Virus record (IMG/VR): IMGVR_UViG_3300009314_000003
Location: 1 to 64,000 of that record
From: a virus
Reading direction: 5' to 3' (one strand)
DNA length: 64,000 nt
The first letter of the stretch is position 1. The number at the start of each line of letters is the position of its first letter. The notes beneath the pieces were generated by a model. It did not search any database. It saw only the letters and a list, made by a program, of their open reading frames with translations, and had not been told where the DNA came from. A program made the translations under genes and the position numbers. Below, piece after piece: positions 1-10,424 of the stretch.

Positions 1-128
1 ACTAATTTAGTTTTGAAATATTTAATATCTGGTTTAGGTGTTTTTAGTGAAGCCCTAACTTCTCTTGCATCACGTGCTACCTGAACAAATACTTCATCCT
101 TTATTTTTAGTAGTTCTTCCTTTTTCAT
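1..128 (-). CDS. hypothetical protein (partial, runs off window)
   Basis: ATG at 128 with AGGAGA upstream on the minus strand; MKKEELLKIKDEVF... is open to the window edge. Confidence 0.5.
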   Translation of the reverse strand, partial: MKKEELLKIKDEVFVQVARDAREVRASLKTPKPDIKYFKTKL

Positions 129-300
129 TTGTTCTCCTTGATTAATTAAAAAGCTACTTACCAAGCAAGGGTAGGGATTGCCTGGTAAGTAGCAGGATGC
201 TTCGTAACCATCTTAATTCCCTACCACTGAGCGGGACTTAATGAAATGTAATACGAGTTCATAATCAAGCTCCAGGTAGAAGCCGCTGTAGCTAACTGAT

Positions 301-756
301 TCAGTATCCATACTTAGCCAGTAAGAATTCCAGGGACACTCGATCCTCGGCGGGCATAGATATATCATCCATAAGTTTATGCAGCCGCGACTGAAGCTTC
401 CTGTCTCTCCATTTCTCGGGCACTGGTTTCACCGCAGCATCAAATATCAGGCTGACGACATCATTAGGCGCGGCATTATAGATATATATCTCACTCTCTG
501 CCAAGGCACTGATACAATTATTCTTCTTAGATTCCAGAAAGGCGCGGATGTCCATATGATTTTCCATATTCCTCAGGGGCCCAATCCACGTATGTCCCCG
601 GCCTCCATTAGTCTTATGAACTACCCAGACGCCTTCGGCCGGCTCACCCATATCCCAGGTGGCTACCTCCTCGTACCGACCATTCCTCTTCTTCCGGTAC
701 AGTGGACCCGGGCGGCGCAGGTAGAATTGGTGGTGTGTCTGCTCTTGCTTAGTCAT
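301..756 (-). CDS. hypothetical protein
   Basis: 151-aa ORF co-oriented with the minus-strand gene block. Confidence 0.6.
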   Translation of the reverse strand: MTKQEQTHHQFYLRRPGPLYRKKRNGRYEEVATWDMGEPAEGVWVVHKTNGGRGHTWIGPLRNMENHMDIRAFLESKKNNCISALAESEIYIYNAAPNDVVSLIFDAAVKPVPEKWRDRKLQSRLHKLMDDISMPAEDRVSLEFLLAKYGY

Positions 757-920
757 AAAATTTCTCTCTCAAACTTTGGTCTTGTCATCGGTCTTGTCAT
801 CCAGATTTCTCTCAAGTGCCAATACAGTTACGAGAATGACAATTAACACGCTTAATGTTATCAGCATTTAAACAGCTCCCTCAAAAAGGTGGTGTGATGT
901 GTGGTTATTGTGGGGGGGGG

Positions 921-1448
921 TTACTTCTTATTCTTTCCTGTCCCTGTCTTCTTTCCGGCCCCTGCCTTCTTTCCTGCTCCTGCTCGAAGGCGCTGGTAGT
1001 GTAGTTGTTCTAATGATTTATATTTGGGGGATAAGCACCCAATTTTTGAGCTCCAGAGCACTTCTGTAAGTATGGTAGCAATCTCTGAGGCCCTGACTAC
1101 CAGATGGCGAAGAATGTTAATTGTATTTCCCTTTATCTGTACCTCCAGGAGAGGAGTGGTCAATTCTCTCCCCTCATAGGGCAGTGGACTGGGAGAATCA
1201 GTGTAAAAGAGTCTCCGGGGATCCAGCTTTACAAATAACTCGTTCGCGATTGGTACCCGGTAGTACTTATATGTCCACCAGGGACGGCCGGAATGTGTGC
1301 TGGAGCTTATATAATACTCCGGGGCCCACCAGGGTCTTGCTCTCTTAAAATCTTTCCCCGCCGGGTCGGCGCGATGATAAATAATCATAGGGTATGTAGT
1401 TACTCCTCTTTTTATAGGTGTGATATGAATATCTGCCCCGCCTGACAT
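921..1448 (-). CDS. hypothetical protein with basic Gly/Lys-repeat tail
   Basis: 175-aa ORF; the C-terminus repeats AGAGKK. Confidence 0.5.
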   Translation of the reverse strand: MSGGADIHITPIKRGVTTYPMIIYHRADPAGKDFKRARPWWAPEYYISSSTHSGRPWWTYKYYRVPIANELFVKLDPRRLFYTDSPSPLPYEGRELTTPLLEVQIKGNTINILRHLVVRASEIATILTEVLWSSKIGCLSPKYKSLEQLHYQRLRAGAGKKAGAGKKTGTGKNKK

Positions 1449-1698
1449 CTTTCGGGCAGGCCCGCCTGAATAGCGGAGTCGGGCGATGTGTGAGTATGTG
1501 TAAACTTAATTTAGTGATGGGACACGCAGCAAGAATTGCTGCTAATATACTTTAATTTAGCACCCTAAATATACTAAAGGGCGAGGATTATTCCTAACTC
1601 TTTCTTGCCCGTTTCGACCAGGACAAATGTTGTCTCAGACAGTCTTTGTCTGTTCTGGGTACGGTCCCGCGGCCCTTTCACTGTTCTAGGCCCCCCAC

Positions 1699-1871
1699 TG
1701 TTCGCTGTGATTTAAGAAAATGGAAGAGTTGCCGGCTGGAAGGTCTTGTATACTTGTCCTCCTGTGGCCTATATTGTCCCTGCCTGGTACACACTGCCCT
1801 GTCTGGTACTGACTGTCCTCTGGTGCCATACGCGCGATGTTAGTAGGAGGAATTGTTCGCTGTGATTTAAG
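1699..1871. repeat. 18-bp direct repeat TGTTCGCTGTGATTTAAG (1699-1716, 1854-1871) in a long non-coding gap
   Basis: Two exact copies read directly from the sequence. Confidence 0.7.
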
Positions 1872-2331
1872 TACAGGAACCACACTTGTGATCAGGGCCA
1901 GGGAGTTTTACTCCCAAACTTGGGTGGGCCGCCTTGCGCAAGGTCTTCTCCTACGCGCGCGCGTCTATATATTACTATATAGCTATATACCCTGATACTG
2001 AGGTATGCCTTTATTTACCTGCATAGACCAGGACCGGAAGAATAAATAACCTTAGTATAGGAATAGATAGTAATATAGGAATAGACTAGGTAAGAGTAAT
2101 AAATTATCTATGGCAGGAATAGACTATATAACAGAAATAACCTGGTTACAGGAATAGAAGTATGGTATATACTGGGTAATTACTGGAGTAGAAAGGTAAC
2201 TCATGTTTATATACAGGTGTATAATGGTTTTGTATACACACAGGGCCAATAGTTACCACCTCTATTTCTTCTTCCCACGCGCTCGCTCCGCTCGGGCGGG
2301 GTTGTTGATGTGTTAAGAGCGTTTGAACCGG

Positions 2332-2790
2332 TTAAACAGGTCCGCCGATCCAGTTAAGTAGACGCTTCTTAGTTGTGGTCGGTTCTTTCTGGGCAGTCGG
2401 TTCTTCCTGGGCAGTGTCTTCATCTATCTCTTCGGGCTTCTCCTGGGCCTGGGCTACTATCTGGCTTGCGACTCTATCCTTAAAGCCTAGGGACCCTTTC
2501 AAGAGACCGTAGCTGCCCTTGAGGGCATAAGCCATTGGGCTTGCTACATACTTACTCCCGAGGGTATAGGCAGTCATCTGGATCTTTTGGCTGGTGACAG
2601 CTCTCTTCTCCGGGATGGAGACGGCCTTTGCCGCTTTGTCCTCTAGAGTTGCAGGGGCCGTAAGCCTTTTGGCTGCTTTGAGAGCTCCGCTGCTCACTCT
2701 CTGGAGGAGATGTATAGAGCCTGATGCTGCTAGCTTTGCCGCTACCTTTGCCGCCGCCTTGGCCTGTTGTAGGCTAGTATGTTCTGGCAT
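2332..2790 (-). CDS. hypothetical Ala/Lys-rich protein
   Basis: 152-aa ORF with AAGGAG RBS. Confidence 0.65.
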   Translation of the reverse strand: MPEHTSLQQAKAAAKVAAKLAASGSIHLLQRVSSGALKAAKRLTAPATLEDKAAKAVSIPEKRAVTSQKIQMTAYTLGSKYVASPMAYALKGSYGLLKGSLGFKDRVASQIVAQAQEKPEEIDEDTAQEEPTAQKEPTTTKKRLLNWIGGPV

Positions 2791-2808
2791 TTTGTCTTTC
2801 TCCTTGTG

Positions 2809-3339
2809 TTATTTTATCTTCTTGTACTGATTCACCATTTTGGTGTCGATCCGTGTGATTATCTCTCTCATTCCAGATGATTCTGAGAATGGGAGGTCAT
2901 CCTTCTTCGCTGCGTGTAGCTGAGCTACGGTGATACCCAGGACATTACAGAGGTGTGTTCTTATGCTTCTTAGTCTCTGCACTGACTTCGCCTTGTTTAT
3001 GGCGGTCGCCACCTTTTCCTCGAACGCTTCTGTTACTCCATAGATGGGGCCAACTTCAAAAGCTGGCACACCTGCTACGTGCAGGAGGTTGAGGGTATGG
3101 ATGCCTTTCCCCCGGGTGTATACGGAGGTCTCCTTAGTCTCGAGGAGCTTTTCTCCCTTACCACCTTTAAACTCCCCCTGGGTTACCAGGGCGTTGGCCG
3201 CCTTTGCGGCGCTACTAGTAAAGGCGTAGAGGATCATCCGTTTCCCGGCGCGGGTTATTCCTTCGCAGAGGGATCCTTCGTCATTAGGAACTATCTTACC
3301 GTGCCTGCTCTTACACAGGGATATGATCTTATCCATCAT
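2809..3339 (-). CDS. hypothetical protein
   Basis: ORF track 2809..3399; start moved to MMDKII at 3339 behind AAGGAG. Confidence 0.65.
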   Translation of the reverse strand: MMDKIISLCKSRHGKIVPNDEGSLCEGITRAGKRMILYAFTSSAAKAANALVTQGEFKGGKGEKLLETKETSVYTRGKGIHTLNLLHVAGVPAFEVGPIYGVTEAFEEKVATAINKAKSVQRLRSIRTHLCNVLGITVAQLHAAKKDDLPFSESSGMREIITRIDTKMVNQYKKIK

Positions 3340-3367
3340 TATGTGTTTCTCCTTTGTTTGTTTAACC

Positions 3368-3727
3368 CTAGGCCCTGTGACTGGGCTCCAGGATCGCATT
3401 AGGGCTCTTCTGCAGAACTCTGTCGTGGTAGGACTTAATAGCCATAGCCTCGACTAATCCGCCTTCACGGCTAAGTCGGTGGGCCGCCAGCACTCTTTTA
3501 CCTACCCTATTCCTGTTGTAGGGACAGGATACGGATAGGTCGCTGATGGTGACCACCTTTCTGGCCCCTCCTAATTGGGGGAGGCCCAGCCGGAGGGCTG
3601 TGCGGACTCGCAGAAGTATCTTGTTCCCTGTTGGAACGAGACGGCCGCCCTTCTTCTCTTTTACTTCATCCGTCAGAAAGATGTAGAACCTCTCTGACCC
3701 CTGAATATTTAGGTCTTGTAGGTGCAT
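3368..3727 (-). CDS. hypothetical protein
   Basis: 119-aa ORF translationally coupled to the upstream ORF, with GAGGAGG RBS. Confidence 0.6.
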   Translation of the reverse strand: MHLQDLNIQGSERFYIFLTDEVKEKKGGRLVPTGNKILLRVRTALRLGLPQLGGARKVVTISDLSVSCPYNRNRVGKRVLAAHRLSREGGLVEAMAIKSYHDRVLQKSPNAILEPSHRA

Positions 3728-3972
3728 TATTCCTCCTCTAATTTCTTCAGCTTCTTCTTGTCAACCCTGAGGGCCATCGTGAGGAACCTCTTGGACCTCT
3801 CTATATTCCTCATCAACTCAGGATCGGTCTTACTCACAAGTACCACCTTCCCCTCTTTGAGGGTGATGGTCTGTTCTGACCGGCCCCCAAGCTTGTCCAA
3901 CTCTCTACGGAGGTAGACAACGCTCTTCCTCAGGGAAGAGGTCTTCCTCTCCTTCATTTTCTCTTCCTTCAT
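3727..3972 (-). CDS. hypothetical basic protein
   Basis: 81-aa ORF with ATGA overlap. Confidence 0.55.
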   Translation of the reverse strand: MKEEKMKERKTSSLRKSVVYLRRELDKLGGRSEQTITLKEGKVVLVSKTDPELMRNIERSKRFLTMALRVDKKKLKKLEEE

Positions 3973-4187
3973 TGCGTCTCCTTTCTTCTCTTAGGACAAT
4001 CCTCTGGTCGCCAGGCATCTCCTGGCCAGACACAGAAGTTGTTTCCGCGTGTATTGTGTGGACAGGACTTACATTCCTGTTCCGTGGTGGGTGTAGCCCG
4101 GATCAATCTGCTATCTGCCTCGTCCTGCCATCTCTCTATTCTCTCCCCAACGTAGTCGGGGTCGGGCAATTCGGATTCAGGTATCAT
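3969..4187 (-). CDS. hypothetical Cys-containing protein
   Basis: Start at MIPESEL behind AGGAGA; contains a CxxC motif. Confidence 0.5.
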   Translation of the reverse strand: MIPESELPDPDYVGERIERWQDEADSRLIRATPTTEQECKSCPHNTRGNNFCVWPGDAWRPEDCPKRRKETQ

Positions 4188-4621
4188 TGGATTTTCTCCT
4201 GTATAGTTCTGTAGGTGGAGGGAATGCCATGGAAATTCCAATGGCCAGCCACATCAGGAAGATGAATACCCGCAGCATCACCCGCGACATCCACAAACAG
4301 CCATATATTTTCAGTTTATTCATTTCTGCCTCTCTTTCTTCATTCTGGTTCAAACCAGTTGCTTATTCCTCCTAACACCCGCCGGACGGCGCGGGTAATA
4401 GCTCGGAGGATCTTTCGGACTATAATCACAACCGTCAGGGCCAGAACAATTCCGGCTCCTGTGGCGAACCATGGGTCCATTACTCTTCCTCCTCTAACTT
4501 CTTGAGGATATTTTTCCGGAGTTCGTGTCCGGAAACGCTTTTATACCATCTATAGACAAAGATGCCTATGATTATTCCTATGATGATTTCCATCTTTTCT
4601 CCTTTCTTGTTTTATGAATAG

Positions 4622-4663
4622 AAAAAAGGGGGAGCCGACCTGGCTGGGCCGACTTCCCCCTTC
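4622..4663 (-). terminator. intrinsic terminator downstream of def
   Basis: GC-rich hairpin AAGGGGGAAGTCGG...TCGGCTCCCCCC followed by a T-run on the minus strand. Confidence 0.6.
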
Positions 4664-4699
4664 GGGTTGGAGGTGCCATGAACTAAATGTGTTTTTATG

Positions 4700-5224
4700 T
4701 TATACGCCGCAGCATTTCTTGTGCTTTCTCCCAGAATTGCAGGGGCACGGTTCATTCCTTCCCACCTTCATGTGGGAAGCGCTGCCTTTCGCTTGGCGGT
4801 CATATATTGTTATCCCGTTGATGTGATCCACTTCGTGCTGGATGCAAGCGGTCTCCAGCTGTGATAGATTATCCTTCCCGGCGTAGAAGTATAGGGCCCC
4901 GGGAATATTGTCAGCCTCCACAACAACCCCCCGGGATCTGGAGGTTGTTATAAACTTAACCTCCGGGAGTGAGAGACAGCTCTCCTTCCGGAGATAGGTC
5001 TCTTCCTCCCGCTCTGTAATCACGGGATTAATCAGGTATAGAGGTTCCTTGACTGCCATTGCTATCACGCAGGCGTCGAGGCCTACCTGATTCGCGGCCA
5101 GTCCGACTCCTGCCTTATGGGTTTGGAGCTTCTCCAGGAGCTTTTTACCAATCTCGTGACCTACTTCCTCCCCCACCTCCTTGCAGGGGATTTTGAGCAG
5201 GTCCAGGTTTGTTATGATGTTCAT
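4700..5224 (-). CDS. def: peptide deformylase with C-terminal SEC-C zinc motif
   Basis: All three PDF motifs are present: [21 protein letters not shown]. The C-terminus [19 protein letters not shown] is a SEC-C motif. Start MNIIT at 5224 with GAGGAG RBS. Confidence 0.93.
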   Translation of the reverse strand: MNIITNLDLLKIPCKEVGEEVGHEIGKKLLEKLQTHKAGVGLAANQVGLDACVIAMAVKEPLYLINPVITEREEETYLRKESCLSLPEVKFITTSRSRGVVVEADNIPGALYFYAGKDNLSQLETACIQHEVDHINGITIYDRQAKGSASHMKVGRNEPCPCNSGRKHKKCCGV

Positions 5225-5430
5225 TGGACCAGCTCCTCTTTCAGGTGGGCGGCCCACCTTTTATTAGCCAGCTGTATTACAGCCAGCTTGACAGGCACCT
5301 TCATGACCTTGTCATGTTTTAGGACCTTCTTCAGCCAGGGGATCCTCTTCTTCATCCCCTTGGCCTTCTTCAAGATCAGGGCTGCCTTGTTTTTGGCCGT
5401 CTTGCTTGTCATACTTGTTTTAGTTTTCAT
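5221..5430 (-). CDS. hypothetical basic protein
   Basis: 69-aa ORF whose stop overlaps the def start (ATGA). Confidence 0.55.
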   Translation of the reverse strand: MKTKTSMTSKTAKNKAALILKKAKGMKKRIPWLKKVLKHDKVMKVPVKLAVIQLANKRWAAHLKEELVQ

Positions 5431-5434
5431 ACTA

Positions 5435-5635
5435 CTACTCCTTTGTGTGTTTATCCCTCATTTTTTTCTTCATTTTCTCGACAAACTCATCCCACTCCTC
5501 CTCGGAGAGGGTTTTAATATCCTGGGTCTCTTCATCCCAGAGGTCATTTACCTTCAGGACGAATGTTCTGTCATCGTCTTTTTGACCGAGCAAATGATAT
5601 TTGCCATTATGACTCTTAAAATTATTCTTTTTCAT
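5435..5635 (-). CDS. hypothetical protein
   Basis: 66-aa ORF tightly packed in the operon. Confidence 0.5.
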   Translation of the reverse strand: MKKNNFKSHNGKYHLLGQKDDDRTFVLKVNDLWDEETQDIKTLSEEEWDEFVEKMKKKMRDKHTKE

Positions 5636-5698
5636 TGATAGTATACTTCTGCATAGTTAACGTCTTCATTCTACTTCTCCTTCCCCTGCCGGTAGAAT

Positions 5699-6133
5699 CT
5701 ACCAGCAGAATATGTCCGGGTGTATCTCCTTAGTCACTCTGTCAGCCACCCGGATTGTCCTGAACGGACTCGTACTTGGTGACCAGCCTGTGGACTCTTT
5801 AATGGCCACCATCACCGGTAAAGGCACGATGACTATATCCACGTCCACGGGTAACAGGAGTGCCTCTTCCAGAGCTTCCCCGACAGCGGTGGTCATCCGG
5901 AAGGCTAGGTTGATTGTCTCATACCCCTGCCATCCGAGGTCCTCCATCACTTTCTCCTCCGGTGCCAGCATGAGTCCCTTGGCTCGCTCGGCAGAGCACG
6001 CCGGAAGGACCTCGCCGGAGGTGAACTTAAACTCATGGGGCGAGCTGAAGTTGGCTACATTCAGCCCGTTTGCCAGCGTTACCACTGGCATATTTACCAC
6101 TGGCATATTATTGTTGTTATTCTTGTTGCTCAT
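5699..6133 (-). CDS. hypothetical phage protein (N-x-[ST]-P-H type)
   Basis: NFSSPH motif near the N-terminus; AAGGAG RBS. Confidence 0.65.
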   Translation of the reverse strand: MSNKNNNNNMPVVNMPVVTLANGLNVANFSSPHEFKFTSGEVLPACSAERAKGLMLAPEEKVMEDLGWQGYETINLAFRMTTAVGEALEEALLLPVDVDIVIVPLPVMVAIKESTGWSPSTSPFRTIRVADRVTKEIHPDIFCW

Positions 6134-6307
6134 TATTTATCTCCTTTATTTATGTGCCTGCCTATTCTTGGCCGGCAGGCTTAGGCCCGGCAGGGCCCCT
6201 TCTCCTTTCCTTGCCGCGGTAGCGGCGGAGGCGGCAGCCGGAGGTGTTGAGGTGCGGAGGCTGCCTACCATGGCAGATCATTTCCTTTCCTCTTTGTAAG
6301 GATCACT

Positions 6308-6673
6308 TTAATCCCCATAACAATCATCTTCTATTGATGATAATTGTCTGGAGATTTCCTCTTCAATTTCCTCTTTCGGAACAATTCCAACATCCGAAGG
6401 GTGATACAGAGGATCACACATTGCTTTCTCCTCTGTATTGTATATTTTATCACCCACTATGAAATAATGACGAGTTGCAAATCCAATCAACTCGCCATTT
6501 TTCAACTCAATTGGAATACTCCCTTCATGCCTCAATTGAGTGAATCGCCAGTTTTTGCCTGGCAATTCGTAAATATACTCAATTGTACATTCTAGATTGC
6601 CCTCTGACCTGGCATAGTGACCAGAGGGCATTTCCATGTAGATGACTTTCTTTCTGGCTACTATCTTGTTCAT
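6308..6673 (-). CDS. hypothetical protein
   Basis: 121-aa ORF with purine-rich RBS. Confidence 0.6.
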   Translation of the reverse strand: MNKIVARKKVIYMEMPSGHYARSEGNLECTIEYIYELPGKNWRFTQLRHEGSIPIELKNGELIGFATRHYFIVGDKIYNTEEKAMCDPLYHPSDVGIVPKEEIEEEISRQLSSIEDDCYGD

Positions 6674-6746
6674 TTTTTCCCCCTTTAGTTATGAGAGCAG
6701 GCTCTGCTTGTTAAGACAGAACCTGCTTCTCTGTTTGTCATGTTTG

Positions 6747-9700
6747 TTATTTGTGGTGGTCCACTGTCAGGAAGGCAGATAGCTGCCCGTCCTGTACAAT
6801 ATCTACCACCCTTACTTTACCAGTTACAACGCTGTGTCCATGGTTGGTCCGCTTTGGGCTCCCAGACACAACTTTGCAGCACCTCACACCTTTGATGTAA
6901 AGCCCAAGCCCAAGTTCGTCAGGCTTAATCTCTACACCCGCTAGGTGCTTGGCGGCCTTGACCTTTTCAATGGTCTTAGCCGCCTTCCTGGCGTTGCTCT
7001 TGTCCCCTGGCACATCTTGCCACAACCCAATCACCTTCATCAGGTGACGGGCTGTGGTTGTTCCATTCTCCTCGAATACAGGAGTCAGAATAACCAGCAC
7101 GGTGCCAGTTAACGTCATTGACCCCTTGAGGATATACGTACCAGGCTCCACAACTGTGGACCGGACTTCGCCAAGGATCTTCTTTTGGTAGAAGATCGCC
7201 TTCTTATAGCTTTTACCGTTCTTAGTACAGCTATATCCGATGATAACCTTCCTACCGACGACCTTGTCCAGGGTTTTACCCCACTCAACCACGGACAGAT
7301 CAAATGCAGCCTTCGCATCCTCATCGTCACGTAGCTTCATGGCGATTTCTCTTGGATCATAGCCGAGATCCTTGGCATGTCCTTTCCAGCCTCCATACAG
7401 CCGGACCCGAGGAGCGGGATGCTCCTCAGGTCTTAGGACTGTATAATCACGGGGCACCCTCCCAAAGCCGCCGTATTCATCGTTGAGACAGTCAACAATG
7501 ATATCAGCAACTCCGGCCGTGAAGACCACGGACGCCTTGGAACCCTTCTTGGACCTCTCAGCAGCCTCGTGTCCTGCGTTCCACAGGATACGAACCGCGT
7601 CCTTGAAGGACTTATGGTCCATGGCCTCACGTAAGTAGGCCCAATGGCAGCGGTTGGTTTCACACACCACCGTGATGGACTCGCCCCGGGTCAAGGATCC
7701 CTCCTTGGTGCTGGTGAGGACCTTGGCAATGGCGACATTGTAGTCCTTCACCATGTCAATGACCTCATCATTGAGGGTCAAGTCAGAGGGACTCCCCAGG
7801 AAGCCGAAGAACGTTCCTGGATTGAACCCGTCCAGAATGGCTTCCAGGTTGTCCTCCTTCAAGGCATCACGGACCTTCAGGACGAGCCTGTTCAAGAAGT
7901 GATCAGGCTCAACATCCCAGTCCGTATTACCCGCACGGATCTCGGCCAGGGCGCTCCTGTGGAACGGACTCTTGCCCGTGAAGAACTTCAGGAGCTCATC
8001 CACAGTGTCCTGTTTCTTCTCGGGGAGTCTTTCGCTCCACTTGTGAGCGGCCACTGCGAACGTAGTGGCCAGGCCAGTGAGCTCGGCTGCACTCTGGACT
8101 GTCAGCCCAAGTCCCTTCAGGAACTTGACTGCATTAGCATCATCCTTCCGCAGAAAGATGTTGTGCTGAAGCAGCGTCAACGCGCCGATGTTCGGTGCAT
8201 TGAGGAAGGCGCTGACAGCATCAGTGGTACCGAACTTGTGCCACTGGCTCCTGGTGCGCTCCTTGGGCTTGAACGCACCCGGCATCCCGTGCCAGTCCTC
8301 GGCCACCAGGTCGAGCTTGACGTGGTGCGGATCATCCTCACCGCAGCGGCACATTGGGTCGAAGTCGAAGTCACTGTTCATGACCTTGGCCACCGTGCTG
8401 TTGGTGAAGATGCTTCCCCGGCACCTCATGGCCGCAGTCAGCTCCGCATCGTGGGCCTTGTCGCCGTTCATGAGGCTATACAGATAATCCTCATCGACGA
8501 TCTTCAGCCGTGCGAAGTTGCCCGCAGACAACATCGGGATCCTGAAGACCCATTCATTCCCGGACCCACCGGGAACAAATGCCACATCGTCAGGTAGCGC
8601 CTCCAGACATGCCAGGTATGCGCCATCAAAGCGATGATTGGCGCACCTGGCCGCATCTGCGTACTGAGCCAGAAGGTGGTTATATATCTTGCGGGCGATC
8701 CAAGGATGCTTCATCAGCGTTTGACCGACATAGCAAGCCTCCTCGCCACCAGCAAGGACAGCCTTAAGGACCGCGTGGTGGACCATGAAGTCCTCCTGGC
8801 GCTCTTCGAGGTCATTCACGACCTCCAGGTAGCCACGAGGTGTCTTATGGGCCCCATGCAGTTCGCCGAGCCTCTCCATGACCATGGGCCAATCGAGATC
8901 CCTGTAATAGTGCTGAACCTCGATGTTGTCCCTGATCTTGAGATCACGGCTCGCCGCATCGGCCATGATGCCAAGGCGTCCATGGTATTTGTAGGTGCGA
9001 CCTACTTCTACCGGGATCTCCTTTCTTCCCTTGAAGATGGAGATCGGCAGGATTAAGTCAACATCCTCACCACGGACACTAGGCAGCAGGCTACCGGCGG
9101 CCAGTAGATCCAGCTCTTCGAACTCGAGCCTGAACTGCTTCTGGCCCCAGGTATTGTAGCCCGACTCACGAGTGAGTGGGATACTCATCCTGCCCTGGCC
9201 ATCAGCGGTGCCGAGCTCTCCCTCAGCTACCACGAGGAACTTGAAGCTCCCCGCGACAATCACCTCGTGAGAGGTGACGGTCGCCTTGCCATAGGCAACC
9301 ATGTCCTGCGGGGAGCTGAAGAACCTGCGGCGACTGGCAACATATTCCGGATCCGTGCAGACCAAGAGGCGTACGGGTGTGTCCGCCGCATTGCCTTTCT
9401 TGGCGCTCAGGATCTGGCCGGCCCATTTCTGAACGGTCTGCTTGATGAGAACAGACTTGTTCAGATTGCTGCTATTAGATCTCAGCAGCTCGGTCAGGTC
9501 CACGAACCTGAAGGCATCCAGGCTGGTTACTCCAGCCACGATATCCGCCTCCAGAAATGTGTTGAAGTTCGGGACCTCGACCGCTAACCTCTCATCCCGA
9601 CGGTTTGTGATGATCTCGCCGTCCGCATCCTTGAGGTAGAGTGGTCTACCTTGCAGATCGACGACAGGGATCTTCACACTGTGGGTATTATTCCACAGAT

Positions 9701-9872
9701 CCCGCCGGGGGGTAACGTCGAAGCGGCCAAAGGTTACCGGGCCTGAATACAGGTTTCCCTTGGCCTTTTCTTCCTTTATTACTTCCTTACCCACGTCGCC
9801 AAAGATATTGCTGACCAGACGGTCAACCATCTTTGAATCCCGGGCTCGGAAGTTTCTACGTTGTTTACGCAT
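6747..9872 (-). CDS. putative single-subunit two-barrel RNA polymerase (YonO / cellular RdRP-like)
   Basis: Motifs in RdRP/YonO order: ADGQGRMS, QFR, FKG, VFRIP, catalytic-type NSDFDFD (nt 8358-8372), IG, AVAAHK. 1041 aa; GAGG RBS. Confidence 0.65.
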   Translation of the reverse strand: MRKQRRNFRARDSKMVDRLVSNIFGDVGKEVIKEEKAKGNLYSGPVTFGRFDVTPRRDLWNNTHSVKIPVVDLQGRPLYLKDADGEIITNRRDERLAVEVPNFNTFLEADIVAGVTSLDAFRFVDLTELLRSNSSNLNKSVLIKQTVQKWAGQILSAKKGNAADTPVRLLVCTDPEYVASRRRFFSSPQDMVAYGKATVTSHEVIVAGSFKFLVVAEGELGTADGQGRMSIPLTRESGYNTWGQKQFRLEFEELDLLAAGSLLPSVRGEDVDLILPISIFKGRKEIPVEVGRTYKYHGRLGIMADAASRDLKIRDNIEVQHYYRDLDWPMVMERLGELHGAHKTPRGYLEVVNDLEERQEDFMVHHAVLKAVLAGGEEACYVGQTLMKHPWIARKIYNHLLAQYADAARCANHRFDGAYLACLEALPDDVAFVPGGSGNEWVFRIPMLSAGNFARLKIVDEDYLYSLMNGDKAHDAELTAAMRCRGSIFTNSTVAKVMNSDFDFDPMCRCGEDDPHHVKLDLVAEDWHGMPGAFKPKERTRSQWHKFGTTDAVSAFLNAPNIGALTLLQHNIFLRKDDANAVKFLKGLGLTVQSAAELTGLATTFAVAAHKWSERLPEKKQDTVDELLKFFTGKSPFHRSALAEIRAGNTDWDVEPDHFLNRLVLKVRDALKEDNLEAILDGFNPGTFFGFLGSPSDLTLNDEVIDMVKDYNVAIAKVLTSTKEGSLTRGESITVVCETNRCHWAYLREAMDHKSFKDAVRILWNAGHEAAERSKKGSKASVVFTAGVADIIVDCLNDEYGGFGRVPRDYTVLRPEEHPAPRVRLYGGWKGHAKDLGYDPREIAMKLRDDEDAKAAFDLSVVEWGKTLDKVVGRKVIIGYSCTKNGKSYKKAIFYQKKILGEVRSTVVEPGTYILKGSMTLTGTVLVILTPVFEENGTTTARHLMKVIGLWQDVPGDKSNARKAAKTIEKVKAAKHLAGVEIKPDELGLGLYIKGVRCCKVVSGSPKRTNHGHSVVTGKVRVVDIVQDGQLSAFLTVDHHK

Positions 9873-10145
9873 GATACCTCCTCTATTGTGAAAAGAGCGC
9901 CAAAACTACTGGGCGCCCTCCTCGTTTCAGTCTACACCTCCTACTTATTGCAGCAATCACTGCAAGAGCCGGATGATGTAGAATGTGAACTCCAAGCTCA
10001 CCCACAAGCTCTGGAACACCGCGGTCGGCGCTCCTCCTTGTAGGGACTTGGAAATATATCCGCCCCTATGTATATTTGGGGTGGAGTTTATACGCATAGG
10101 CATATCCTCCATATTGAGCCCCTGCCGCAAACAGGGGCTTGTTAG

Positions 10146-10424
10146 TTACTTCCTCTCTTCAGGCTCCCCACAATAGAGGCACTCATCATGCGCTCTATCT
10201 TTCCACCTATTGTAGGCACAGTGAGCGAACGGGCTGTCCGGGCACTCCCAGCGGCTCCCAATCACAACCTCCAGTGTTGTAAGATGGATGGATGGTTTCA
10301 CCATTATTGTGGTTTTAGGTGGGTCGTGGTCTTCGATCACCAGCTCCTTGAGTTTGTACTCCAGGCGAGACACTCTGTCTCTAGCTTCCTGGAGCTGGTC
10401 ATACAACCTTTTATGTGTATTCAT
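10146..10424 (-). CDS. hypothetical protein with C-terminal Cys/His cluster
   Basis: Start MNTHK behind GAGAGG; motif C..S..AHC...HDECLYCG. Confidence 0.6.
   Translation of the reverse strand: MNTHKRLYDQLQEARDRVSRLEYKLKELVIEDHDPPKTTIMVKPSIHLTTLEVVIGSRWECPDSPFAHCAYNRWKDRAHDECLYCGEPEERK

Noticed and set aside
7644-8597. 317-aa plus-strand ORF and similar antisense ORFs across the window
   Set aside because: These are shadow frames opposite well-supported genes, lacking an RBS or motifs.
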